NCBI GenBank assembly: GCA_938084645.1
Contig: CALKEP010000011.1
Location: 33,041 to 97,040 of the forward strand
Reading direction: 5' to 3'
From: an uncultured Phycisphaerales bacterium
GTDB taxonomy: Bacteria > Planctomycetota > Phycisphaerae > Phycisphaerales > SM1A02
Length of the DNA: 64,000 nt
The notes below the pieces were generated by a model. The model saw only the letters and a list, made by a program, of their open reading frames with translations. It was not told where the DNA came from and did no database searches. Position numbers and translations under genes: made by a program. Below are positions 40,790-54,163 of the stretch, piece after piece (the first letter of the stretch is position 1; every line of letters begins with the position of its first letter).

Positions 40790-41782
40790 ATGCAGCACGA
40801 AGACGACCTTGTCCATCAGAACCTCATGAGCCTCCAGACCCACGTGCTCGCCGAGGAGGCGAAGCACCCGAGCGCAACGGGTGATCTGTCCTGGATCATC
40901 TCGGCCATCTCCCTTGCGGGGAAGACCATCGCGAACAAGGTCCGCCGGGCACGTCTCGACGACGTGCTGGGTGCCCACGGCACCGAGAACGTGCAGGGCG
41001 AGGAGCAGTTGAAGATGGACGTGATCGCGAACGAGATCATCATGCGATGTCTCGGCGACCGGGCGTCGATCGCGGTGCTGGCCAGCGAGGAGGACGAGGA
41101 ACCCCGGATCCTCCGGCGGTCGGGTGACGGCGGGAAGTACTGCGTGCTCTTCGACCCGCTCGACGGTTCGAGCAACCTCGATTCCTGTGTCGGCGTCGGA
41201 ACCATCTTCTCCGTCACCCTCAACGATCCCGAGGAGGCCGATGGCGAGCGGACCGTGTGCCAGGCCGGAACCAGGCAGGTCGCCGCGGGGTACATCCTCT
41301 ACGGCTCGAGCACCGTCATGTGTCTCACCACCGGCGACGGCGTCGACATGTTCGTCCTCGATCAGGCGATCGGCTCGTTCCTCCGGGTCCGGACGAAGAT
41401 GCGTATTCCCGAGAAGGGGACCACGTACTCCATCAACGAGGCCAATGCGGAGACTTTCCCGGAGGGGTATCAGAACTATCTTCGGTTCGCCCATTCATCG
41501 GGATACACCAGCCGCTACATCGGATCGATGGTCTCCGACGTGCATCGGACCTTGATCCGGGGCGGGGTGTTCCTGTACCCGCCGACCGCGAAGAACCCCG
41601 ACGGAAAACTCCGCCTGCTCTACGAGGCGAATCCGATGGCCATGCTGATGGAGCAGGCCGGTGGGGAGTCCTTCTCGGGTGATCTTCGGACCATGGAGGT
41701 CCAGCCCGATCGCCTGCACCAGCGGGTGCCGGTGCTGCTCGGGTCGCCCGCCGAGGTCGCGAAGGTCCGCGAGTTCATCTAG
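40790..41782 (+). CDS. fbp: Fructose-1,6-bisphosphatase class I
   Basis: NVQGEEQ, SEED, DPLDGSSN, RYIGSMV and KLRLLYE motifs. Confidence 0.96.
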   Translation: MQHEDDLVHQNLMSLQTHVLAEEAKHPSATGDLSWIISAISLAGKTIANKVRRARLDDVLGAHGTENVQGEEQLKMDVIANEIIMRCLGDRASIAVLASEEDEEPRILRRSGDGGKYCVLFDPLDGSSNLDSCVGVGTIFSVTLNDPEEADGERTVCQAGTRQVAAGYILYGSSTVMCLTTGDGVDMFVLDQAIGSFLRVRTKMRIPEKGTTYSINEANAETFPEGYQNYLRFAHSSGYTSRYIGSMVSDVHRTLIRGGVFLYPPTAKNPDGKLRLLYEANPMAMLMEQAGGESFSGDLRTMEVQPDRLHQRVPVLLGSPAEVAKVREFI

Positions 41783-41846
41783 TTCGGTCGACCGCGAGGC
41801 GAATCTCCCCGCTCGATGGCGTCGATGAGATACCCTATCTCGTGCG

Positions 41847-42773
41847 ATGAAATCGGGAGAACCAAGCCAATCCGTCCTTCGCGGTGGTTACTACATGACC
41901 CTGGGGATGCTCGTCGCGGCGTTGATGAGCGCCGTGGTCAAGTGGACCTCGAGCGGCTTCAGCAGCGAGTTCCTGACCTCGTTGCGATTCCTCTTCGGCT
42001 TCGTCATCGCCATCTCGATCTATGCGGCGGGGAAACGGGTCTCCCTCAGGACCGATTCCCCCGGGAAGCAGATCCTGATCGGATTGGCGTGGGTCCTGGC
42101 GGTGGGAATCTTCTACGTCTCGATCCGTTTCATTCCACTGATGGACGCGACGCTGCTGTTGAACACCGCGGCGATCTTCGCTCCGATCATCGCAAGGGTC
42201 TGGGACGGCAGGCGCGAGTCGAGGATGGTGTGGGTCGGGATCACGATCGGGTTTCTCGGGGTCACGGTGGTGCTTCGGCCCGGTGTCCAACTGTTGGAGA
42301 ATCCGATTTCGCTCATCGGCGTGCTGGCGGGTTTCTTCGCCGGCCTCCGCGTGTTCCTGTTGTCCAAGGTCAGACACGAGCCCACGCAGCGCACGGCGCT
42401 CTATTCGCTCCTCGTCGGCAGCGTCTTCAGTCTGCTGGTCATGATCGCGGTCGGATTCCCGATCCGGGCGCCGGGCTGGGAGACGATGCTGTTCTCGCCC
42501 CGGGAGTCGCTGGAGCCGTACTTCGTCGACTCGTCGCTGGTCTTCGCGTTCATCGCCCTCGGCGTCTTCTCGGTGCTCATAAACTACTTCATGGCGAAGG
42601 GGCTTCGGTTCGGAACGGTGGGTCAGATCTCTCCCTTCCGGTACTCCGCGGTGGTGTTCGCGGGCGTCCTGGATTGGAGCATCTGGGGGATCGAGCCGAC
42701 CTGGCCCAGCTACGTCGGCTTCCTGCTGGTGCTGGTCGGGGTGATGTTCATCCTCCGAGGCAATCGTGGATGA
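41847..42773 (+). CDS. DMT/EamA family transporter
   Basis: About 10 TM helices; GFLGVTVVLRP and SPFRYS motifs. Confidence 0.85.
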   Translation: MKSGEPSQSVLRGGYYMTLGMLVAALMSAVVKWTSSGFSSEFLTSLRFLFGFVIAISIYAAGKRVSLRTDSPGKQILIGLAWVLAVGIFYVSIRFIPLMDATLLLNTAAIFAPIIARVWDGRRESRMVWVGITIGFLGVTVVLRPGVQLLENPISLIGVLAGFFAGLRVFLLSKVRHEPTQRTALYSLLVGSVFSLLVMIAVGFPIRAPGWETMLFSPRESLEPYFVDSSLVFAFIALGVFSVLINYFMAKGLRFGTVGQISPFRYSAVVFAGVLDWSIWGIEPTWPSYVGFLLVLVGVMFILRGNRG

Positions 42774-42836
42774 CCCTTCCAGACGCGCTCGCGACCATCA
42801 GGGTCGAGGGTCGTGCGGCCGCCCCGTCGGGCGGCT

Positions 42837-44402
42837 TCATTCGAAGCGGCCGTGATCCTTGATCTTGAAATCGTTCATCGACGCCAGTTCCGCGGTGGAC
42901 AGGTCGTCGACCCGCCGGAATCGACCGATCACCGGGGCGGGATCGTCCATCGCGAGCTTGCCGAGCACCTCGGCCTTGTTGGCGAGGATGCCCTCCAGAT
43001 CGCAGGTGGTGTTGCGGGCATGGCCCGAGGGATACATGACGAGGCCCGAGTCGAGGCTGCGGCCGTCGGTCGTCTCGATGACCACCGAAGTCGGGATCCC
43101 GTCCGGGTAGCGATCGTCGTAGTCCTTGCCACCGTGGGCGAACTCGATCTTCGCCATCAGGGCCCGGGTCTCGGGACGGGCGATCGAGGCGGCGTCGTAG
43201 TCGGCGGGGACGAGGATCAACGACTTCCACATCGCGTCGTTGTCGTCGGCGATCGTCCCCGAGCCCTTCGACTTCGCGGCGTCGATCGCCTTCTGCAACA
43301 GGGTCGAGACGATGTAGACCATGGAGTGATCCGCGCTCTGGCGGGTCTTCGGGTCCCGCTTCGCCGGGTCGCCGATGATGCCGAAGGCGGGCTCGTACGC
43401 CACGATCCGGATCGTCTCGATCAGATCGGGATTCGCGAGCAGGTCCGGGTTCTCCGAGACGAGGTCGATCATGCCCTGCAGGGCGCCGGCGGACTGGTGC
43501 TCGTAGAGGCCGAGCTTGAAGTGCATGCCCATCACCGCGAAGTCGTCGCCCGAATGGCTGAGCACGAGATCGAACGGGGCGTCACCGTCGGTGGGCTCGA
43601 ACTGTCGCCAGATCGCCTCGGGATTGCGGAAGATGTCGCGGGGTCCGAGGAAGCCCTTCATCGAACGCATCATCGCGAGCACCGCGACCTCGGTGGAGAT
43701 CGCCGCGGAGGCGCCCTTCGAATCCGAGAGCTGCTTGCCGGCCCGGATCGCCCGCCAGGGGATGAAGTGGGCGACGGTCATGCCGATCGCGGATTCGATC
43801 TGCTCGGCGGTGGCGCCCATCATCGCGCCGTAGACCGCGGCGGAGGCGATCGCGCCGTGCACGACGTGGTCGATCTTGTAGGTCTTGAGGCTGAACACCT
43901 CGGCGAGTCGCCCGCGGATCTCGTCGTGAAGGATCATGCCGCGAAGGGCCGCGGCACCGTCGGCCCCGGTGAGCTGTGCCGCGGCGACGGGGACCGCGTA
44001 GAAGTCGTTGTGCCCGAACTCGCCCGCGGTGTGGCCGAGCGCCGGGTTGTAGCCGAAGTTGGTGCCGTTGGAGTCCCACTCGCGTACCGCGGAGCAGTTG
44101 GCGGCGATCGCCTTCTCGGGACAGACCGCGGCGGTCGAGCCGAACACGGTCACGCCGCCGTCCTTCGGATACTCGGCGGCCTCCTCGCGAAGGACGAGGG
44201 GGGCGTTGGTGCCGAGGGCGATCGCGGACAGCCCGCAGACCGCGGCATCGGCGAAGAACTGCCGGGTCTTGTCCTTGACCGCCTCGGAGGGCGTTCCGTG
44301 GCCTTCCCGCATGAATCGAATCGCGAACTCGGCGATGCCGAGGGCCTGGTTGGTGTCCCGGGCGAGGAGAGTCGAGGTGGCGGGATCGGCGGTGGCGGTC
44401 AT
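42837..44402 (-). CDS. prpD: MmgE/PrpD family, probable 2-methylcitrate dehydratase
   Basis: AVREWD, GHND, IDHV, LSDSKG, ADHS and YPSGH motifs; prpB and prpC lie in the same window. Confidence 0.75.
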   Translation of the reverse strand: MTATADPATSTLLARDTNQALGIAEFAIRFMREGHGTPSEAVKDKTRQFFADAAVCGLSAIALGTNAPLVLREEAAEYPKDGGVTVFGSTAAVCPEKAIAANCSAVREWDSNGTNFGYNPALGHTAGEFGHNDFYAVPVAAAQLTGADGAAALRGMILHDEIRGRLAEVFSLKTYKIDHVVHGAIASAAVYGAMMGATAEQIESAIGMTVAHFIPWRAIRAGKQLSDSKGASAAISTEVAVLAMMRSMKGFLGPRDIFRNPEAIWRQFEPTDGDAPFDLVLSHSGDDFAVMGMHFKLGLYEHQSAGALQGMIDLVSENPDLLANPDLIETIRIVAYEPAFGIIGDPAKRDPKTRQSADHSMVYIVSTLLQKAIDAAKSKGSGTIADDNDAMWKSLILVPADYDAASIARPETRALMAKIEFAHGGKDYDDRYPDGIPTSVVIETTDGRSLDSGLVMYPSGHARNTTCDLEGILANKAEVLGKLAMDDPAPVIGRFRRVDDLSTAELASMNDFKIKDHGRFE

Positions 44403-44458
44403 CGAGGGGCTCCGTGGAATGGTCTGCAGGGAATCGACCACTCTACCGGACCGGCGTC

Positions 44459-44989
44459 TCATCCTCCACCGTTCGGAGGCGTTCCGACCCGATCGATCGG
44501 GCATTTTCCGTACAGGACCGCGCCATCCGGGACGTCGCCCTCGGGAAGGTCGAACCCGTACCGTCGATAGAGCCTGCGGGCGACGTGATTGTCGCCCGCG
44601 ACCTCGAGGGTGAGATCGCAGCAACCGAGGGCCCGCCCCCGGTCGGCGCACGCGTCGAGCATCCGTCGGCCGAGTCCACGCCCGCGGTGTTCCGCCGCGA
44701 TGTAGAGGTCATGGATGTTGATGCGTTCGCAGGCCCGGAACGACGCGATGATCCGCTGGGCGATCAGCATGCCGATCGGTCGTCGTCGATCGGGCTCGAT
44801 CACCTCGGCAAGCAGCACGAACGCGGCGGCCCGTCCGAGGAACGGGGCGACGGTGTCCCGGACCGTGGGTGTCAGTTCGACCTCCGACACGTCCGCGAAG
44901 GCTTCGACGAGTCGTCTCACCGCGGCAAGATCGTCGGCGTCGTCGAAATCGGCCTCACGGATCCGGATGTCCTGCGGTGTTTCTGGCAT
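44459..44989 (-). CDS. GNAT family acetyltransferase
   Basis: IHDLYIAAEHRGRGLGR and NHVARRLYRRYGF motifs. Confidence 0.9.
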   Translation of the reverse strand: MPETPQDIRIREADFDDADDLAAVRRLVEAFADVSEVELTPTVRDTVAPFLGRAAAFVLLAEVIEPDRRRPIGMLIAQRIIASFRACERINIHDLYIAAEHRGRGLGRRMLDACADRGRALGCCDLTLEVAGDNHVARRLYRRYGFDLPEGDVPDGAVLYGKCPIDRVGTPPNGGG

Positions 44990-45033
44990 CGGTGCACGAT
45001 ACCGGCTGGGGTTGACTCGTCGTGCGCGAGTCG

Positions 45034-45453
45034 TCAGGACGAGACGTGGAGCCGGGTGCCGCATTCCGGACACGCATCACCTTCGGTCGCGGCACAGTCG
45101 TAGCCGCAACGAAGACAGATCGGCGTGCGCTGATCGGCGGCGGCGGCCGCGATGCCCGCCCGGATCCGACCCCGGATCCTGGTGATGGTCCAGAAGTGCC
45201 AGAGCAGGGTGGTCGTCGCGACGAGCGTCGCGATGACGAGCATCGAGACCGTGGTCGGCAGATCGCGATACACCGCATCGTGCCCGAGCCAGATGAGGAT
45301 CACCGTCGTGATGACGCCGCGACTGGCGTTGTAGCTCCACAGCCGCAAGGGTCCCGGCGCATCGGCGGCGGCGAGCATCTCGGTCCGCACCGACGGTGGG
45401 AGCGAGGCGACTTCAGGGATCTTCTCGATGGTCGGAGGGATGCTGAACGGCAT
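45034..45453 (-). CDS. Two-TM hypothetical protein with C-terminal zinc ribbon
   Basis: Two hydrophobic segments then CLRCGYD...CPECG. Start approximate. Confidence 0.7.
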   Translation of the reverse strand: MPFSIPPTIEKIPEVASLPPSVRTEMLAAADAPGPLRLWSYNASRGVITTVILIWLGHDAVYRDLPTTVSMLVIATLVATTTLLWHFWTITRIRGRIRAGIAAAAADQRTPICLRCGYDCAATEGDACPECGTRLHVSS

Positions 45454-45584
45454 GGCCGTCGGCAGCATACGCCGAGAGATGCCGGCGAATTCAACGGTGT
45501 GGCCGGTGTTTCGAAAAGTCGGAGCGGCCGGGGCCTTGTTGCGACCGGTTCGCAAGACGCTCGCTCGGCCGGGCTCGGGCAGAC

Positions 45585-46700
45585 TCAGCCGAGGATGTCT
45601 TCAAGCAGCTCGACGACGCCCTTGCCTTCGGTCGCGATGGTCTCGTGGACGCGACGGCCTTCCGCGATGTCGAGGAGTTCGCGCACCAGTTGATGCTCGC
45701 CGGCGTGGTCGGCCTTGTTGACGACGAACATGTCGGCGATCTCGAGAATGCCCGCCTTGTCCATCTGAACCGAATCGCCCATGCCCGGCACGACGACGAC
45801 CGCGGTCCGATCGACGTGTTCGCGGATCGCGACGTCGTTCTGTCCGGCGCCGACCGTTTCGATGAGCAGGGTGTCCCATCCGGCGCCGCCGACCAGTTCG
45901 ATGATGTCGGGCAGCGAGGCGTAGTCCTCGCCGACGATGGCGAGGCTGCGATAGAACACGGCGTCGTCGACCGCGTTGAAATCGACGCGGAGTCGATCTC
46001 CGAGCAGGGCGCCGCTGGAGATCGGGCTCATGGGATCGAAGGCGACCACGGCGACGCGTTCGCCACGTCGGACCGCTTCGTTCGCCATCGCCGCGACCAG
46101 GGTGCTCTTGCCGGCGCCGGGGGCGCCGGTCAGGCCGATCACCCGCTTGGGACGCGATCGCGGTGCGTCCTTCGGCGGGGTGCCGGCGTGGGCGAGGCTC
46201 AGGATCCGGGCGAGCGAGGCGGACCCGTTCTCGAAGTCCGGCGCGGTGTAGGGGACCACCGAGTTTCGAACGCTCGTGACGATCTCGTCCATGCTGGTCC
46301 CGGTGTGGAACACGTCGTTGACACCCGCCTCCTTCAGGGTCGCGACATCCTCCTGCGGGATGATGCCACCCACGTTGACGGTCAGCTTCGGTCGACCGAC
46401 CGCCTCGAGTTCCGAGAGCAGGTTGGGGACGAGCACGAGGTGGGAATTGCTCATCATGGAGCAGGCGATGCAGTCCACGTCCTCGTCGCGGGCGCCGATC
46501 GCGAGGCTTCGCGGCGTCTGCCAGAGCCCCGAGTAGATCACGTGGATGCCGCTGTCCCGCATCAGTCGGGCGATCAGCTTCACGCCACGATCATGACCGT
46601 CCAATCCCATCTTGCCCAGCAGCACGCGGGGTCGGTGGGGGAGATCGCCGCAGCGGTCGATCTTCTCGATGGCGGTGGTCGGCTCGGAGGTGGCACGCAT
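45585..46700 (-). CDS. Fusion of cobalamin-binding mutase small subunit (IcmB-like) and MeaB/MeaI-type G-protein chaperone
   Basis: N-terminal GLDGHDRG...VGGIIP; C-terminal GAPGAGKST, GALLGDRLR, ETVGAGQ and NKAD. Confidence 0.85.
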   Translation of the reverse strand: MRATSEPTTAIEKIDRCGDLPHRPRVLLGKMGLDGHDRGVKLIARLMRDSGIHVIYSGLWQTPRSLAIGARDEDVDCIACSMMSNSHLVLVPNLLSELEAVGRPKLTVNVGGIIPQEDVATLKEAGVNDVFHTGTSMDEIVTSVRNSVVPYTAPDFENGSASLARILSLAHAGTPPKDAPRSRPKRVIGLTGAPGAGKSTLVAAMANEAVRRGERVAVVAFDPMSPISSGALLGDRLRVDFNAVDDAVFYRSLAIVGEDYASLPDIIELVGGAGWDTLLIETVGAGQNDVAIREHVDRTAVVVVPGMGDSVQMDKAGILEIADMFVVNKADHAGEHQLVRELLDIAEGRRVHETIATEGKGVVELLEDILG

Positions 46701-46865
46701 GATCGAGATCCGGCGGGGACAGGAGACCGAGCCTCCACGGGTGGAGGCGTTTCGGATGGGACATGATACGAAACGAAACGAGCCCGAGCGGAAACCGGTT
46801 CGGGTCGGCGCGGCGTGTGGATCGGAGACGCCGTCTCGCGTTCGGGAGCGTCGGTCGCGGGGCGG

Positions 46866-47705
46866 TCAGGCGTCGGCCTGCTTCTCCGGCGGATCGTTCG
46901 GTGCCTCGGGATCGTTCGCGGAGGACGGGGCCTCGCCGTCCTCGGCATCCTGATCGTCCTCCGGCTCGTCGTCCTTGATCGGCTTGGCCTCGTCGGTCCA
47001 GGCATCCGGATGGAAACGATGGGCCAGCGACCCGACGATCAGGTAGACGTTCTCGTATTCGTAGTCGTCGAGGACGATCGGTTCGATCCGGCCCTCGACT
47101 CCGACTCGGGCGATCGACTTCTTCATCCAGATGGACATGTCGATGTCGGTGATCTGGTCGGCGGGGAAGGAGCCATCGGGGGTGACCAGGGTGCCGTCGT
47201 CTTCGAGTCGCCACGATCTGCCCCGTCGGCTGAAGAGCTTCCAGACGAACCAGGGCGTGCCGAGAATCCCGGTGCCGACGAAGTAGACCCAGAAGTTGAC
47301 CCAGCGGTCGTAGCTGGCGGGCGGTTCCGGCGCCGTGTTCTCGAAGTCGACTTCGATGGTCTTCTTGAGTTCCTTGTACTCCTCCTTCTCCTCGTCGGTC
47401 AGCGGCGGGGGTGGACCGGTGAGATCCGCATCCCGCATCGCGACCCGCATCTCCTCGAGCGTCTCGGACTCGGTCTCGGTGATGGTGCCGTCGGCCTTCT
47501 TCGCGAGCAAGGTCCAGAGGACGCCTCGCATCTCCAGTTCGGCGCGTCGGACGTTCAGTTCCTCGTAGGTCGCGACCGCCTTCTCCTGGTCCGGAATCGT
47601 GACCCAGTAGTCGTACGCCCCCCAGGCGCCAAGGCCGCCGCAGAGCACGATGTAAAGCACGTTCCAGAAGATGAAACTGCGCTTGATCGAGGTTTGAATC
47701 GCCAT
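46866..47705 (-). CDS. Hypothetical two-TM membrane protein
   Basis: WGAYDYW after TM1, coiled segment, TM2, PH-like tail (DIDMSIWMKKS..LDDYEY); coding-like codon usage. Confidence 0.75.
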   Translation of the reverse strand: MAIQTSIKRSFIFWNVLYIVLCGGLGAWGAYDYWVTIPDQEKAVATYEELNVRRAELEMRGVLWTLLAKKADGTITETESETLEEMRVAMRDADLTGPPPPLTDEEKEEYKELKKTIEVDFENTAPEPPASYDRWVNFWVYFVGTGILGTPWFVWKLFSRRGRSWRLEDDGTLVTPDGSFPADQITDIDMSIWMKKSIARVGVEGRIEPIVLDDYEYENVYLIVGSLAHRFHPDAWTDEAKPIKDDEPEDDQDAEDGEAPSSANDPEAPNDPPEKQADA

Positions 47706-47785
47706 CGAATGCCCTTCGTGCGGATCGATCTGGGGGGCGGAAGCGTCTCCGCCGGTGGTTCGAACAGTATCGCGGATCCGTGTGG

Positions 47786-48205
47786 TCATCGACCGATCGA
47801 GGTCATCCCGACATCGAAGATCCGGAACTGGTCGACCTTCGGCCGCCAGGAGGCGACGAGCTCGAGATGGAGCGGGTCCTCCAGATAGGCCTGAAGCCCA
47901 TCCTCATCGTCGAAACCCACACAGAGGCCCACCTCGTAGGCGTCGTCGACGGCGTCCCGCCCGGTATCGACCGGGACGCCCACCCACCAGGTACGAACGC
48001 TCTCGATCGGAGGCAGGAGCCGGTGGCAGTCTTCGATCAGGGCCTGGGCGTCACTGGGTGATGCGAGGGTTATCAGGACCACGTGGTTGATCGTCGCCTG
48101 GTGGCGTGACTTGGTCTCGGCGGGGTTCCCGGTCGAGGTGCACCCCGAGAAGACCGAGGTGGCCATCATCGAAGCAAGGAGCATGCACTTGAGTGGGTGG
48201 ATCAT
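47786..48205 (-). CDS. Dabb (stress-responsive A/B barrel) family lipoprotein
   Basis: Lipobox FSGC; INHVVLITL..F.DEDGLQAYLEDPLH. Confidence 0.8.
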   Translation of the reverse strand: MIHPLKCMLLASMMATSVFSGCTSTGNPAETKSRHQATINHVVLITLASPSDAQALIEDCHRLLPPIESVRTWWVGVPVDTGRDAVDDAYEVGLCVGFDDEDGLQAYLEDPLHLELVASWRPKVDQFRIFDVGMTSIGR

Positions 48206-48229
48206 CGGGGGCTCCGGGCGGATGGGTGA

Positions 48230-49165
48230 TCAGGAGTTCGGTGTTCGCTCGCCGGCGGTCACCGAGAACCCGAGTCGGTTCGATGCCGGTGGCGTCGGGC
48301 AGGTCGCGAAGTCCGTGAAGGCGCACGGGGGATTGAACGAGCGATTGAAATCGAGCTGGGTTCGTCCATCCGCATCCGGGCCCGGCACCATCAGGAACCG
48401 CCCGCCGCCGTAGGTGGAATCGCGATTGGTCGCATCGCCGAACACGACGAACAGGTCGTCACCGGCCTGTTCGGCGAGAAGTTCACAGGCTCGACCGTCG
48501 ATCTCGAATCGAAGGGTCCCGGCGACCGCGTGCGTTTCGACGTGTTGGGTGACCAGGGTGATGGGAATCGAAGTGCCGGCCTCCGCGGGTTCGAACGATG
48601 CGGGAAGCACCCAGTCGGGGTCGAATTCGAATCGAGGAACGCCCTCGAATCCGGTCCGGGTCGGTGCGTGTCGATCGCGGATTCGAAGGGCGGCCCGATC
48701 GTGGCGGTGGATGTGCGTGACGTGCAGGTCGCCGACCCGGAGTACCGGGGGCGAGCCGGTACGGTCGTCTTCGAGACGCACCTCGGCGTCGGGGGCGAGT
48801 GGTCGGTCGTCGAGCGTCGCCGCGACCGATGATGATGGCCGGAACCGGACCTCGCCGTGCTCGTCGAGCACGAACATGCCGGCGTCGGCGCCACCGGCGT
48901 TGGCGAGCACGATCCGGTGGGTACCCGGATCGCCGGCGTTCGAGAGGATCGTCCTGCCGGTGGGCAACCAGGCCAGTGCGACGAGGCTGAGCCAACCCTC
49001 GGGTGAACGGAGCGAGGTCTCGCGGGTCCGCGTCCAGGCGAGGTGATCGGCGGCGGCGGCGGCGTGGAGCGGCATGGGGGATGTCTCGTCCGAAGGGGTC
49101 GCCACGGGGCCGCGGCAGGCGGCGAAGGCGATGGGAAGCAGCATTGCGAGGAGGGCCCGGTACAC
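48230..49165 (-). CDS. DUF1684 domain lipoprotein
   Basis: GWLSLVALAWL, FGDATN..TYGGGRFL, LDFNRSFNPPCAF..ATCP..N.L..V.AGE; lipobox FAAC; GTG start inferred. Confidence 0.85.
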   Translation of the reverse strand: MYRALLAMLLPIAFAACRGPVATPSDETSPMPLHAAAAADHLAWTRTRETSLRSPEGWLSLVALAWLPTGRTILSNAGDPGTHRIVLANAGGADAGMFVLDEHGEVRFRPSSSVAATLDDRPLAPDAEVRLEDDRTGSPPVLRVGDLHVTHIHRHDRAALRIRDRHAPTRTGFEGVPRFEFDPDWVLPASFEPAEAGTSIPITLVTQHVETHAVAGTLRFEIDGRACELLAEQAGDDLFVVFGDATNRDSTYGGGRFLMVPGPDADGRTQLDFNRSFNPPCAFTDFATCPTPPASNRLGFSVTAGERTPNS

Positions 49166-49224
49166 CCCCGCATGGTGGCCGATCCGGCAGTGGGCCGCAA
49201 CGCGATCGCGGCCGGGGGAGTCAC

Positions 49225-49266
49225 AAAAAGAACCTCCGCCGCGGTGGTGGGTGACCGCGGCGAAGG
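49225..49266 (-). terminator. Intrinsic terminator about 380 nt downstream of nrdJ
   Basis: Minus strand CCTTCGCCGCGGT-loop-ACCGCGGCGGAGG-TTCTTTTT. Confidence 0.8.
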
Positions 49267-49648
49267 CGAGGGGAGGGACCCGGCCTTGCGGCTGGGTCCC
49301 GAGAGAGATTGCGACGAGAGCGAAGTCGAGGAGAGGGTCACCCCTACGGAGGCCAAGGGGGGCGGATTCGCAAGTCCTTGCGTTTCCCGCCAGTGCGAGA
49401 GGGTCCTTCCACTCGTCAACCGTCTCGAACCTGAACCGAGCCCCGCTCTCGTCGCGGGCGGGGCCGGCGGGGACGTCGTCGGAGAGACGTCCACCACCGG
49501 TCCCAGAGAGAGATCCGTCCGGCCTTCGATCCCCGGGAGGAGATCGTGGAGGAGACGCCGGACGGCGTTGCATCCCCGTCAGGGGGTGCGATCACAAGAA
49601 GGACCGGTCGGCGGTGTGTCCCGCCCGACGACCGATCCGGTCGAAGGG
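49267..49648 (-). ncRNA. Candidate structured 3' UTR / sRNA with CU-rich motifs
   Basis: No credible ORF; serial hairpins including a GCAA-capped stem (49275-49300); repeated CUCCUCC/CUCUCUC motifs. Confidence 0.35.
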
Positions 49649-53179
<3,531 letters not shown>

Positions 53180-53189
53180 GATGTTCGTC

Positions 53190-54115
53190 GTCCTCTGAGT
53201 CCGTTCGTGGCCGTCATTGGCCCGCGTGATGATGAGTCACGCTCCGTCGTGTCGGGCGGTGGCCCCGGTCGTCAGACCGAGTCACCGTCCACGCGAGGAA
53301 GCGTGATTCCGTCCTGATGCTGATACCTGCCGTTCCCGGCCGGGCTGTTCGTGGCGAGGATTCGATCCATGCTCGATGCATGGACGTTGAACCGGCCGCG
53401 AGGGCGGCGATCGCCGTCGGCGGAAAGCGCGACGGTGGCTCCATTCTTCGAATCGCTGAAAACAGGCACGAAACGCCTCGACTTCCAAGGCCGACGACGC
53501 CCCGATGGGGCGGGCCGGCGAACTTCGACCTTTTCGTGACGAGCACGAGAAGGTGCCGATCCGGATCGGTCCATTCGATTCGCCGGATCGGCGTCCGAAT
53601 CGAATGGTGGAGGCGACGACGTCCTGTCGTTCGACTCCGTCCTGCGCCGGGTCGCCTTCATTGGCGACCACGCATCCCGGGATCCGCGCCTCTCGGCGGA
53701 GATCCGATCGTGGGAGGCAGGCAATGCCTGCTCCGGCCGGTTCCGGCCCAGTCCAATCGGAGCGTGATGCTCCGAAGTCCGTCGGATCGGCGGTCGAGTC
53801 GACCGGACGGATGGGCGAGTACCCCGAAAGGGAGACGCCGCCAGGAATGGACCGGAGACAACCGTCTCCGTGGGTCGAACAGCACCCGGGAACCCACACG
53901 AACCTTCCAAACGCGGGGAGATCGGACAGGACGCCGAACCACTCGGCATCGGGGGATCTCGCCCGCCGGAAGAACACATCCCGCATTCAGGCGATCGAGC
54001 ACCTGAAACCCTCGAGCATGGGACCGAACGGCACGAATGTGTCCGAGAACCCTCTCTTCGCGAACTGCCCTGAATTGGCTTGCAGAAGCACCGCAAGCAG
54101 ATTCAAACGCATCTT
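53190..54115 (-). ncRNA. Candidate long structured 5' leader of nrdJ
   Basis: About 0.93 kb without a credible CDS, densely packed with hairpins, between the NrdR boxes and the nrdJ start. Strand inferred from context. Confidence 0.4.
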
Positions 54116-54117
54116 TG

Positions 54118-54163
54118 CCACTACATCTTGTGGTGGCAACCGGAAAAGTACCACATTTCGTCA
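54118..54163 (-). promoter_or_regulatory. Tandem NrdR boxes overlapping a candidate extended -10 promoter
   Basis: CCACTACATCTTGTGG (54118-54133) and GTACCACATTTCGTCA (54148-54163) resemble consensus acaCwAtATaTwGtgt; minus-strand TGTGGTACTTT at 54155-54145. Confidence 0.7.

Noticed and set aside
53180..54115. Cobalamin riboswitch in the nrdJ leader
   Set aside because: Ordered B12-box elements were not recognisable on the minus strand by eye, so the region is left as an unknown structured leader.
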